From Monocercomonoides exilis PA203 (taxonomy: Eukaryota > Protista > Preaxostyla): a stretch of DNA of 64,000 bases. The translations under genes were made by a program, and so were the position numbers. The notes beneath the pieces are model-generated. The model saw only the letters and a list, made by a program, of their open reading frames with translations, ran no database searches and was not told the DNA's origin. The DNA lies in NCBI GenBank assembly GCA_001643675.2, contig LSRY02000036.1, positions 1 to 64,000 on the forward strand, given 5' to 3'. Positions 1-13,764 of the stretch are shown here, in pieces. Within the stretch, counting starts at the first letter, position 1, and the number at the start of each line of letters is the position of its first letter.

Positions 1-3000
1 TTCCAATTGCTTCTGTGCCAGCAACTTCGAATAATTCTGAATTATTATCATCAGATTTAAGTCCAATTGCTTCTGTGCCAGCAACTTCGAATAATTCTGA
101 ATTATTATCATCAGATTTAAGTCCAATTGCTTCTGTGCCAGCAACTTCGAATAATTCTGAATTATTATCATCAGATTTAAGTCCAATTGCTTGTGCCAGC
201 AACTTCGAATAATTCTGAATTATTATCATCAGATTTAAGTCCAATTGCTTCTGTGCCAGCAACTTCGAATAATTCTGAATTATTATCATCAGATTTAAGT
301 CCAATTGCTTCTGTGCCAGCAACTTCGAATAATTCTGAATTATTATCATCAGATTCCAATTGCTTCTGTGCCAGCAACTTCGAATAATTCTGAATTATTA
401 TCATCAGATTTAAGTCCAATTGCTTCTGTGCCAGCAACTTCGAATAATTCTGAATTATTATCATCAGATTTAAGTCCAATTGCTTCTGTGCCAGCAACTT
501 CGAATAATTCTGAATTATTATCATCAGATTTAAGTCCAATTGCTTCTGTGCCAGCAACTTCGAATAATTCTGAATTATTATCATCAGATTTAAGTCCAAT
601 TGCTTCTGTGCCAGCAACTTCTGAATAATTCTGAATTATTATCATCAGATTTAAGTCCAATTGCTTCTGTGCCAGCAACTTCGAATAATTCTGAATTATT
701 ATCATCAGATTTAAGTCCAATTGCTTCTGTGCCAGCAACTTCGAATAATTCTGAATTATTATCATCAGATTTAAGTCCAATTGCTTCTGTGCCAGCAACT
801 TCGAATAATTCTGAATTATTATCATCAGATTTAAGTCCAATTGCTTCTGTAAGCAACTTCAATTCTTGAATTATTATCATCAGATTTAAGTCCAATTGCT
901 TCTGTGCCAGCAACTTCGAATAATTCTGAATTATTATCATCAGATTTAAGTCCAATTGCTTCTGTGCCAGCAACTTCGAATAATTCTGAATTATTATCAT
1001 CAGATTTAAGTCCAATTGCTTCTGTGCCAGCAACTTCGAATAATTCTGAATTATTATCATCAGATTTAAGTCCAATTGCTTCTGTGCCAGCAACTTCGAA
1101 TAATTCTGAATTATTATCATCAGATTTAAGTCCAATTGCTTCTGTGCCAGCAACTTCGAATAATTCTGAATTATTATCATCAGATTTAAGTCCAATTGCT
1201 TCTGTGCCAGCAACTTCGAATAATTCTGAATTATTATCATCAGATTTAAGTCCAATTGCTTCTGTGCCAGCAACTTCGAATAATTCTGAATTATTATCAT
1301 CAGATTTAAGTCCAATTGCTTCTGTGCCAGCAACTTCGAATAATTCTGAATTATTATCATCAGATTTAAGTCCAATTGCTTCTGTGCCAGCAACTCGAAT
1401 AATTCTGAATTATTATCATCAGATTTAAGTCCAATTGCTTCTGTGCCAGCAACTTCGAATAATTCTGAATTATTATCATCAGATTTAAGTCCAATTGCTT
1501 CTGTGCCAGCAACTTCGAATAATTCTGAATTATTATCATCAGATTTAAGTCCAATTGCTTCTGTGCCAGCAACTTCGAATAATTCTGAATTATTATCATC
1601 AGATTTAAGTCCAATTGCTTCTGTGCCAGCAACTTCGAATAATTCTGAATTATTATCATCAGATTTAAGTCCAATTGCTTCTGTGCCAGCAACTTCGAAT
1701 AATTCTGAATTATTATCATCAGATTTAAGTCCAATTGCTTCTGTGCCAGCAACTTCGAATAATTCTGAATTATTATCATCAGATTTAAGTCCAATTGCTT
1801 CTGTGCCAGCAACTTCGAATAATTCTGAATTATTATCAGATTTAAGTCCAATTGCTTCTGTGCCAGCAACTTCGAATAATTCTGAATTATTATCATCAGA
1901 TTTAAGTCCAATTGCTTCTGTGCCAGCAACTTCGAATAATTCTGAATTATTATCATCAGATTTAAGTCCAATTGCTTCTGTGCCAGCAACTTCGAATAAT
2001 TCTGAATTATCATCAGATTTAAGTCCAATTGCTTCTGTGCCAGCAACTTCGAATAATTCTGAATTATTATCATCAGATTTAAGTCCAATTGCTTCTGTGC
2101 CAGCAACTTCGAATAATTCTGAATTATTATCATCAGATTTAAGTCCAATTGCTTCTGTGCCAGCAACTTCGAATAATTCTGAATTATTATCATCAGATTT
2201 AAGTCCAATTGCTTCTGTGCCAGCAACTTCGAATAATTCTGAATTATTATCATCAGATTTAAGTCCAATTGCTTCTGTGCCAGCAACTTCGAATAATTCT
2301 GAATTATTATCATCAGATTTAAGTCCAATTGCTTCTGTGCCAGCAACTTCGAATAATTCTGAATTATTATCATCAGATTTAAGTCCAATTGCTTCTGTGC
2401 CAGCAACTTCGAATAATTCTGAATTATTATCATCAGATTTAAGTCCAATTGCTTCTGTGCCAGCAACTTCGAATAATTCTGAATTATTATCATCAGATTT
2501 AAGTCCAATTGCTTCTGTGCCAGCAACTTCGAATAATTCTGAATTATTATCATCAGATTTAAGTCCAATTGCTTCTGTGCCAGCAACTTCGAATAATTCT
2601 GAATTATTATCATCAGATTTAAGTCCAATTGCTTCTGTGCCAGCAACTTCGAATAATTCTGAATTATTATCATCAGATTTAAGTCCAATTGCTTCTGTGC
2701 CAGCAACTTCGAATAATTCTGAATTATTATCATCAGATTTAAGTCCAATTGCTTCTGTGCCAGCAACTTCGAATAATTCTGAATTATTATCATCAGATTT
2801 AAGTCCAATTGCTTCTGTGCCAGCAACTTCGAATAATTCTGAATTATTATCATCAGATTTAAGTCCAATTGCTTCTGTGCCAACTTCGAATAATTCTGAA
2901 TTATTATCATCAGATTTAAGTCCAATTGCTTCTGTGCCAGCAACTTCGAATAATTCTGAATTATTATCATCAGATTTAAGTCCAATTGCTTCTGTGCCAG

Positions 3001-6000
3001 CAACTTCGAATAATTCTGAATTATTATCATCAGATTTAAGTCCAATTGCTTCTGTGCCAGCAACTTCGAATAATTCTGAATTATTATCATCAGATTTAAG
3101 TCCAATTGCTTCTGTGCCAGCAACTTCGAATAATTCTGAATTATTATCATCAGATTTAAGTCCAATTGCTTCTGTGCCAGCAACTTCGAATAATTCTGAA
3201 TTATTATCATCAGATTTAAGTCCAATTGCTTCTGTGCCAGCAACTTCGAATAATTCTGAATTATTATCATCAGATTTAAGTCCAATTGCTTCTGTGCCAG
3301 CAACTTCGAATAATTCTGAATTATTATCATCAGATTTAAGTCCAATTGCTTCTGTGCCAGCAACTTCGAATAATTCTGAATTATTATCATCAGATTTAAG
3401 TCCAATTGCTTCTGTGCCAGCAACTTCGAATAATTCTGAATTATTATCATCAGATTTAAGTCCAATTGCTTCTGTGCCAGCAACTTCGAATAATTCTGAA
3501 TTATTATCATCAGATTTAAGTCCAATTGCTTCTGTGCCAGCAACTTCGAATAATTCTGAATTATTATCATCAGATTTAAGTCCAATTGCTTCTGTGCCAG
3601 CAACTTCGAATAATTCTGAATTATTATCATCAGATTTAAGTCCAATTGCTTCTGTGCCAGCAACTTCGAATAATTCTGAATTATTATCATCAGATTTAAG
3701 TCCAATTGCTTCTGTGCCAGCAACTTCGAATAATTCTGAATTATTATCATCAGATTTAAGTCCAATTGCTTCTGTGCCAGCAACTTCGAATAATTCTGAA
3801 TTATTATCATCAGATTTAAGTCCAATTGCTTCTGTGCCAGCAACTTCGAATAATTCTGAATTATTATCATCAGATTTAAGTCCAATTGCTTCTGTGCCAG
3901 CAACTTCGAATAATTCTGAATTATTATCATCAGATTTAAGTCCAATTGCTTCTGTGCCAGCAACTTCGAATAATTCTGAATTATTATCATCAGATTTAAG
4001 TCCAATTGCTTCTGTGCCAGCAACTTCGAATAATTCTGAATTATTATCATCAGATTTAAGTCCAATTGCTTCTGTGCCAGCAACTTCGAATAATTCTGAA
4101 TTATTATCATCAGATTTAAGTCCAATTGCTTCTGTGCCAGCAACTTCGAATAATTCTGAATTATTATCATCAGATTTAAGTCCAATTGCTTCGTGCCAGC
4201 AACTTCGAATAATTCTGAATTATTATCATCAGATTTAAGTCCAATTGCTTCTGTGCCAGCAACTTCGAATAATTCTGAATTATTATCATCAGATTTAAGT
4301 CCAATTGCTTCTGTGCCAGCAACTTCGAATAATTCTGAATTATTATCATCAGATTTAAGTCCAATTGCTTCTGTGCCAGCAACTTCGAATAATTCTGAAT
4401 TATTATCATCAGATTTAAGTCCAATTGCTTCTGTGCCAGCAACTTCGAATAATTCTGAATTATTATCATCAGATTTAAGTCCAATTGCTTCTGTGCCAGC
4501 AACTTCGAATAATTCTGAATTATTATCATCAGATTTAAGTCCAATTGCTTCTGTGCCAGCAACTTCGAATAATTCTGAATTATTATCATCAGATTTAAGT
4601 CCAATTGCTTCTGTGCCAGCAACTTCGAATAATTCTGAATTATTATCATCAGATTTAAGTCCAATTGCTTCTGTGCCAGCAACTTCGAATAATTCTGAAT
4701 TATTATCATCAGATTTAAGTCCAATTGCTTCTGTGCCAGCAACTTCGAATAATTCTGAATTATTATCATCAGATTTAAGTCCAATTGCTTCTGTGCCAGC
4801 AACTTCGAATAATTCTGAATTATTATCATCAGATTTAAGTCCAATTGCTTCTGTGCCAGCAACTTCGAATAATTCTGAATTATTATCATCAGATTTAAGT
4901 CCAATTGCTTCTGTGCCAGCAACTTCGAATAATTCTGAATTATTATCATCAGATTTAAGTCCAATTGCTTCTGTGCCAGCAACTTCGAATAATTCTGAAT
5001 TATTATCATCAGATTTAAGTCCAATTGCTTCTGTGCCAGCAACTTCGAATAATTCTGAATTATTATCATCAGATTTAAGTCCAATTGCTTCTGTGCCAGC
5101 AACTTCGAATAATTCTGAATTATTATCATCAGATTTAAGTCCAATTGCTTCTGTGCCAGCAACTTCGAATAATTCTGAATTATTATCATCAGATTTAAGT
5201 CCAATTGCTTCTGTGCCAGCAACTTCGAATAATTCTGAATTATTATCATCAGATTTAAGTCCAATTGCTTCTGTGCCAGCAACTTCGAATAATTCTGAAT
5301 TATTATCATCAGATTTAAGTCCAATTGCTTCTGTGCCAGCAACTTCGAATAATTCTGAATTATTATCATCAGATTTAAGTCCAATTGCTTCTGTGCCAGC
5401 AACTTCGAATAATTCTGAATTATTATCATCAGATTTAAGTCCAATTGCTTCTGTGCCAGCAACTTCGAATAATTCTGAATTATTATCATCAGATTTAAGT
5501 CCAATTGCTTCTGTGCCAGCAACTTCGAATAATTCTGAATTATTATCATCAGATTTAAGTCCAATTGCTTCTGTGCCAGCAACTTCGAATAATTCTGAAT
5601 TATTATCATCAGATTTAAGTCCAATTGCTTCTGTGCCAGCAACTTCGAATAATTCTGAATTATTATCATCAGATTTAAGTCCAATTGCTTCTGTGCCAGC
5701 AACTTCGAATAATTCTGAATTATTATCATCAGATTTAAGTCCAATTGCTTCTGTGCCAGCAACTTCGAATAATTCTGAATTATTATCATCAGATTTAAGT
5801 CCAATTGCTTCTGTGCCAGCAACTTCGAATAATTCTGAATTATTATCATCAGATTTAAGTCCAATTGCTTCTGTGCCAGCAACTTCGAATAATTCTGAAT
5901 TATTATCATCAGATTTAAGTCCAATTGCTTCTGTGCCAGCAACTTCGAATAATTCTGAATTATTATCATCAGATTTAAGTCCAATTGCTTCTGTGCCAGC

Positions 6001-9000
6001 AACTTCGAATAATTCTGAATTATTATCATCAGATTTAAGTCCAATTGCTTCTGTGCCAGCAACTTCGAATAATTCTGAATTATTATCATCAGATTTAAGT
6101 CCAATTGCTTCTGTGCCAGCAACTTCGAATAATTCTGAATTATTATCATCAGATTTAAGTCCAATTGCTTCTGTGCCAGCAACTTCGAATAATTCTGAAT
6201 TATTATCATCAGATTTAAGTCCAATTGCTTCTGTGCCAGCAACTTCGAATAATTCTGAATTATTATCATCAGATTTAAGTCCAATTGCTTCTGTGCCAGC
6301 AACTTCGAATAATTCTGAATTATTATCATCAGATTTAAGTCCAATTGCTTCTGTGCCAGCAACTTCGAATAATTCTGAATTATTATCATCAGATTTAAGT
6401 CCAATTGCTTCTGTGCCAGCAACTTCGAATAATTCTGAATTATTATCATCAGATTTAAGTCCAATTGCTTCTGTGCCAGCAACTTCGAATAATTCTGAAT
6501 TATTATCATCAGATTTAAGTCCAATTGCTTCTGTGCCAGCAACTTCGAATAATTCTGAATTATTATCATCAGATTTAAGTCCAATTGCTTCTGTGCCAGC
6601 AACTTCGAATAATTCTGAATTATTATCATCAGATTTAAGTCCAATTGCTTCTGTGCCAGCAACTTCGAATAATTCTGAATTATTATCATCAGATTTAAGT
6701 CCAATTGCTTCTGTGCCAGCAACTTCGAATAATTCTGAATTATTATCATCAGATTTAAGTCCAATTGCTTCTGTGCCAGCAACTTCGAATAATTCTGAAT
6801 TATTATCATCAGATTTAAGTCCAATTGCTTCTGTGCCAGCAACTTCGAATAATTCTGAATTATTATCATCAGATTTAAGTCCAATTGCTTCTGTGCCAGC
6901 AACTTCGAATAATTCTGAATTATTATCATCAGATTTAAGTCCAATTGCTTCTGTGCCAGCAACTTCGAATAATTCTGAATTATTATCATCAGATTTAAGT
7001 CCAATTGCTTCTGTGCCAGCAACTTCGAATAATTCTGAATTATTATCATCAGATTTAAGTCCAATTGCTTCTGTGCCAGCAACTTCGAATAATTCTGAAT
7101 TATTATCATCAGATTTAAGTCCAATTGCTTCTGTGCCAGCAACTTCGAATAATTCTGAATTATTATCATCAGATTTAAGTCCAATTGCTTCTGTGCCAGC
7201 AACTTCGAATAATTCTGAATTATTATCATCAGATTTAAGTCCAATTGCTTCTGTGCCAGCAACTTCGAATAATTCTGAATTATTATCATCAGATTTAAGT
7301 CCAATTGCTTCTGTGCCAGCAACTTCGAATAATTCTGAATTATTATCATCAGATTTAAGTCCAATTGCTTCTGTGCCAGCAACTTCGAATAATTCTGAAT
7401 TATTATCATCAGATTTAAGTCCAATTGCTTCTGTGCCAGCAACTTCGAATAATTCTGAATTATTATCATCAGATTTAAGTCCAATTGCTTCTGTGCCAGC
7501 AACTTCGAATAATTCTGAATTATTATCATCAGATTTAAGTCCAATTGCTTCTGTGCCAGCAACTTCGAATAATTCTGAATTATTATCATCAGATTTAAGT
7601 CCAATTGCTTCTGTGCCAGCAACTTCGAATAATTCTGAATTATTATCATCAGATTTAAGTCCAATTGCTTCTGTGCCAGCAACTTCGAATAATTCTGAAT
7701 TATTATCATCAGATTTAAGTCCAATTGCTTCTGTGCCAGCAACTTCGAATAATTCTGAATTATTATCATCAGATTTAAGTCCAATTGCTTCTGTGCCAGC
7801 AACTTCGAATAATTCTGAATTATTATCATCAGATTTAAGTCCAATTGCTTCTGTGCCAGCAACTTCGAATAATTCTGAATTATTATCATCAGATTTAAGT
7901 CCAATTGCTTCTGTGCCAGCAACTTCGAATAATTCTGAATTATTATCATCAGATTTAAGTCCAATTGCTTCTGTGCCAGCAACTTCGAATAATTCTGAAT
8001 TATTATCATCAGATTTAAGTCCAATTGCTTCTGTGCCAGCAACTTCGAATAATTCTGAATTATTATCATCAGATTTAAGTCCAATTGCTTCTGTGCCAGC
8101 AACTTCGAATAATTCTGAATTATTATCATCAGATTTAAGTCCAATTGCTTCTGTGCCAGCAACTTCGAATAATTCTGAATTATTATCATCAGATTTAAGT
8201 CCAATTGCTTCTGTGCCAGCAACTTCGAATAATTCTGAATTATTATCATCAGATTTAAGTCCAATTGCTTCTGTGCCAGCAACTTCGAATAATTCTGAAT
8301 TATTATCATCAGATTTAAGTCCAATTGCTTCTGTGCCAGCAACTTCGAATAATTCTGAATTATTATCATCAGATTTAAGTCCAATTGCTTCTGTGCCAGC
8401 AACTTCGAATAATTCTGAATTATTATCATCAGATTTAAGTCCAATTGCTTCTGTGCCAGCAACTTCGAATAATTCTGAATTATTATCATCAGATTTAAGT
8501 CCAATTGCTTCTGTGCCAGCAACTTCGAATAATTCTGAATTATTATCATCAGATTTAAGTCCAATTGCTTCTGTGCCAGCAACTTCGAATAATTCTGAAT
8601 TATTATCATCAGATTTAAGTCCAATTGCTTCTGTGCCAGCAACTTCGAATAATTCTGAATTATTATCATCAGATTTAAGTCCAATTGCTTCTGTGCCAGC
8701 AACTTCGAATAATTCTGAATTATTATCATCAGATTTAAGTCCAATTGCTTCTGTGCCAGCAACTTCGAATAATTCTGAATTATTATCATCAGATTTAAGT
8801 CCAATTGCTTCTGTGCCAGCAACTTCGAATAATTCTGAATTATTATCATCAGATTTAAGTCCAATTGCTTCTGTGCCAGCAACTTCGAATAATTCTGAAT
8901 TATTATCATCAGATTTAAGTCCAATTGCTTCTGTGCCAGCAACTTCGAATAATTCTGAATTATTATCATCAGATTTAAGTCCAATTGCTTCTGTGCCAGC

Positions 9001-12000
9001 AACTTCGAATAATTCTGAATTATTATCATCAGATTTAAGTCCAATTGCTTCTGTGCCAGCAACTTCGAATAATTCTGAATTATTATCATCAGATTTAAGT
9101 CCAATTGCTTCTGTGCCAGCAACTTCGAATAATTCTGAATTATTATCATCAGATTTAAGTCCAATTGCTTCTGTGCCAGCAACTTCGAATAATTCTGAAT
9201 TATTATCATCAGATTTAAGTCCAATTGCTTCTGTGCCAGCAACTTCGAATAATTCTGAATTATTATCATCAGATTTAAGTCCAATTGCTTCTGTGCCAGC
9301 AACTTCGAATAATTCTGAATTATTATCATCAGATTTAAGTCCAATTGCTTCTGTGCCAGCAACTTCGAATAATTCTGAATTATTATCATCAGATTTAAGT
9401 CCAATTGCTTCTGTGCCAGCAACTTCGAATAATTCTGAATTATTATCATCAGATTTAAGTCCAATTGCTTCTGTGCCAGCAACTTCGAATAATTCTGAAT
9501 TATTATCATCAGATTTAAGTCCAATTGCTTCTGTGCCAGCAACTTCGAATAATTCTGAATTATTATCATCAGATTTAAGTCCAATTGCTTCTGTGCCAGC
9601 AACTTCGAATAATTCTGAATTATTATCATCAGATTTAAGTCCAATTGCTTCTGTGCCAGCAACTTCGAATAATTCTGAATTATTATCATCAGATTTAAGT
9701 CCAATTGCTTCTGTGCCAGCAACTTCGAATAATTCTGAATTATTATCATCAGATTTAAGTCCAATTGCTTCTGTGCCAGCAACTTCGAATAATTCTGAAT
9801 TATTATCATCAGATTTAAGTCCAATTGCTTCTGTGCCAGCAACTTCGAATAATTCTGAATTATTATCATCAGATTTAAGTCCAATTGCTTCTGTGCCAGC
9901 AACTTCGAATAATTCTGAATTATTATCATCAGATTTAAGTCCAATTGCTTCTGTGCCAGCAACTTCGAATAATTCTGAATTATTATCATCAGATTTAAGT
10001 CCAATTGCTTCTGTGCCAGCAACTTCGAATAATTCTGAATTATTATCATCAGATTTAAGTCCAATTGCTTCTGTGCCAGCAACTTCGAATAATTCTGAAT
10101 TATTATCATCAGATTTAAGTCCAATTGCTTCTGTGCCAGCAACTTCGAATAATTCTGAATTATTATCATCAGATTTAAGTCCAATTGCTTCTGTGCCAGC
10201 AACTTCGAATAATTCTGAATTATTATCATCAGATTTAAGTCCAATTGCTTCTGTGCCAGCAACTTCGAATAATTCTGAATTATTATCATCAGATTTAAGT
10301 CCAATTGCTTCTGTGCCAGCAACTTCGAATAATTCTGAATTATTATCATCAGATTTAAGTCCAATTGCTTCTGTGCCAGCAACTTCGAATAATTCTGAAT
10401 TATTATCATCAGATTTAAGTCCAATTGCTTCTGTGCCAGCAACTTCGAATAATTCTGAATTATTATCATCAGATTTAAGTCCAATTGCTTCTGTGCCAGC
10501 AACTTCGAATAATTCTGAATTATTATCATCAGATTTAAGTCCAATTGCTTCTGTGCCAGCAACTTCGAATAATTCTGAATTATTATCATCAGATTTAAGT
10601 CCAATTGCTTCTGTGCCAGCAACTTCGAATAATTCTGAATTATTATCATCAGATTTAAGTCCAATTGCTTCTGTGCCAGCAACTTCGAATAATTCTGAAT
10701 TATTATCATCAGATTTAAGTCCAATTGCTTCTGTGCCAGCAACTTCGAATAATTCTGAATTATTATCATCAGATTTAAGTCCAATTGCTTCTGTGCCAGC
10801 AACTTCGAATAATTCTGAATTATTATCATCAGATTTAAGTCCAATTGCTTCTGTGCCAGCAACTTCGAATAATTCTGAATTATTATCATCAGATTTAAGT
10901 CCAATTGCTTCTGTGCCAGCAACTTCGAATAATTCTGAATTATTATCATCAGATTTAAGTCCAATTGCTTCTGTGCCAGCAACTTCGAATAATTCTGAAT
11001 TATTATCATCAGATTTAAGTCCAATTGCTTCTGTGCCAGCAACTTCGAATAATTCTGAATTATTATCATCAGATTTAAGTCCAATTGCTTCTGTGCCAGC
11101 AACTTCGAATAATTCTGAATTATTATCATCAGATTTAAGTCCAATTGCTTCTGTGCCAGCAACTTCGAATAATTCTGAATTATTATCATCAGATTTAAGT
11201 CCAATTGCTTCTGTGCCAGCAACTTCGAATAATTCTGAATTATTATCATCAGATTTAAGTCCAATTGCTTCTGTGCCAGCAACTTCGAATAATTCTGAAT
11301 TATTATCATCAGATTTAAGTCCAATTGCTTCTGTGCCAGCAACTTCGAATAATTCTGAATTATTATCATCAGATTTAAGTCCAATTGCTTCTGTGCCAGC
11401 AACTTCGAATAATTCTGAATTATTATCATCAGATTTAAGTCCAATTGCTTCTGTGCCAGCAACTTCGAATAATTCTGAATTATTATCATCAGATTTAAGT
11501 CCAATTGCTTCTGTGCCAGCAACTTCGAATAATTCTGAATTATTATCATCAGATTTAAGTCCAATTGCTTCTGTGCCAGCAACTTCGAATAATTCTGAAT
11601 TATTATCATCAGATTTAAGTCCAATTGCTTCTGTGCCAGCAACTTCGAATAATTCTGAATTATTATCATCAGATTTAAGTCCAATTGCTTCTGTGCCAGC
11701 AACTTCGAATAATTCTGAATTATTATCATCAGATTTAAGTCCAATTGCTTCTGTGCCAGCAACTTCGAATAATTCTGAATTATTATCATCAGATTTAAGT
11801 CCAATTGCTTCTGTGCCAGCAACTTCGAATAATTCTGAATTATTATCATCAGATTTAAGTCCAATTGCTTCTGTGCCAGCAACTTCGAATAATTCTGAAT
11901 TATTATCATCAGATTTAAGTCCAATTGCTTCTGTGCCAGCAACTTCGAATAATTCTGAATTATTATCATCAGATTTAAGTCCAATTGCTTCTGTGCCAGC

Positions 12001-13687
12001 AACTTCGAATAATTCTGAATTATTATCATCAGATTTAAGTCCAATTGCTTCTGTGCCAGCAACTTCGAATAATTCTGAATTATTATCATCAGATTTAAGT
12101 CCAATTGCTTCTGTGCCAGCAACTTCGAATAATTCTGAATTATTATCATCAGATTTAAGTCCAATTGCTTCTGTGCCAGCAACTTCGAATAATTCTGAAT
12201 TATTATCATCAGATTTAAGTCCAATTGCTTCTGTGCCAGCAACTTCGAATAATTCTGAATTATTATCATCAGATTTAAGTCCAATTGCTTCTGTGCCAGC
12301 AACTTCGAATAATTCTGAATTATTATCATCAGATTTAAGTCCAATTGCTTCTGTGCCAGCAACTTCGAATAATTCTGAATTATTATCATCAGATTTAAGT
12401 CCAATTGCTTCTGTGCCAGCAACTTCGAATAATTCTGAATTATTATCATCAGATTTAAGTCCAATTGCTTCTGTGCCAGCAACTTCGAATAATTCTGAAT
12501 TATTATCATCAGATTTAAGTCCAATTGCTTCTGTGCCAGCAACTTCGAATAATTCTGAATTATTATCATCAGATTTAAGTCCAATTGCTTCTGTGCCAGC
12601 AACTTCGAATAATTCTGAATTATTATCATCAGATTTAAGTCCAATTGCTTCTGTGCCAGCAACTTCGAATAATTCTGAATTATTATCATCAGATTTAAGT
12701 CCAATTGCTTCTGTGCCAGCAACTTCGAATAATTCTGAATTATTATCATCAGATTTAAGTCCAATTGCTTCTGTGCCAGCAACTTCGAATAATTCTGAAT
12801 TATTATCATCAGATTTAAGTCCAATTGCTTCTGTGCCAGCAACTTCGAATAATTCTGAATTATTATCATCAGATTTAAGTCCAATTGCTTCTGTGCCAGC
12901 AACTTCGAATAATTCTGAATTATTATCATCAGATTTAAGTCCAATTGCTTCTGTGCCAGCAACTTCGAATAATTCTGAATTATTATCATCAGATTTAAGT
13001 CCAATTGCTTCTGTGCCAGCAACTTCGAATAATTCTGAATTATTATCATCAGATTTAAGTCCAATTGCTTCTGTGCCAGCAACTTCGAATAATTCTGAAT
13101 TATTATCATCAGATTTAAGTCCAATTGCTTCTGTGCCAGCAACTTCGAATAATTCTGAATTATTATCATCAGATTTAAGTCCAATTGCTTCTGTGCCAGC
13201 AACTTCGAATAATTCTGAATTATTATCATCAGATTTAAGTCCAATTGCTTCTGTGCCAGCAACTTCGAATAATTCTGAATTATTATCATCAGATTTAAGT
13301 CCAATTGCTTCTGTGCCAGCAACTTCGAATAATTCTGAATTATTATCATCAGATTTAAGTCCAATTGCTTCTGTGCCAGCAACTTCGAATAATTCTGAAT
13401 TATTATCATCAGATTTAAGTCCAATTGCTTCTGTGCCAGCAACTTCGAATAATTCTGAATTATTATCATCAGATTTAAGTCCAATTGCTTCTGTGCCAGC
13501 AACTTCGAATAATTCTGAATTATTATCATCAGATTTAAGTCCAATTGCTTCTGTGCCAGCAACTTCGAATAATTCTGAATTATTATCATCAGATTTAAGT
13601 CCAATTGCTTCTGTGCCAGCAACTTCGAATAATTCTGAATTATTATCATCAGATTTAAGTCCAATTGCTTCTGTGCCAGCAACTTCG
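1..13687. repeat. 60-bp tandem array, ~228 copies (unit CCAATTGCTTCTGTGCCAGCAACTTCGAATAATTCTGAATTATTATCATCAGATTTAAGT), open at the left edge of the window
   Basis: The 60-nt periodicity is directly visible. Units are identical from ~4200 to 13687, with scattered small indels only in the first ~4.2 kb. One + frame (PATSNNSELLSSDLSPIASV) and two - frames have no stop codons. Confidence 0.99.
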
Positions 13688-13764
13688 TATATAACTTATT
13701 TGTCATTAACAGGTATATATTCAATTCAAGATTTTTTATAGTTACATATTACAGAAAAGAAAAA

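Noticed and set aside
1-13687. CRISPR array
   Set aside because: The units are contiguous and identical, with no spacers or cas genes, and the context is eukaryotic.
4176-13724. 3182-aa minus-strand ORF (LLAQKQLDLNLMIIIQNYSK repeats) as a gene
   Set aside because: It is an automatic consequence of a stop-free 60-nt unit. It has no meaningful unique domain, and the + frame fits the neighbouring USP better.
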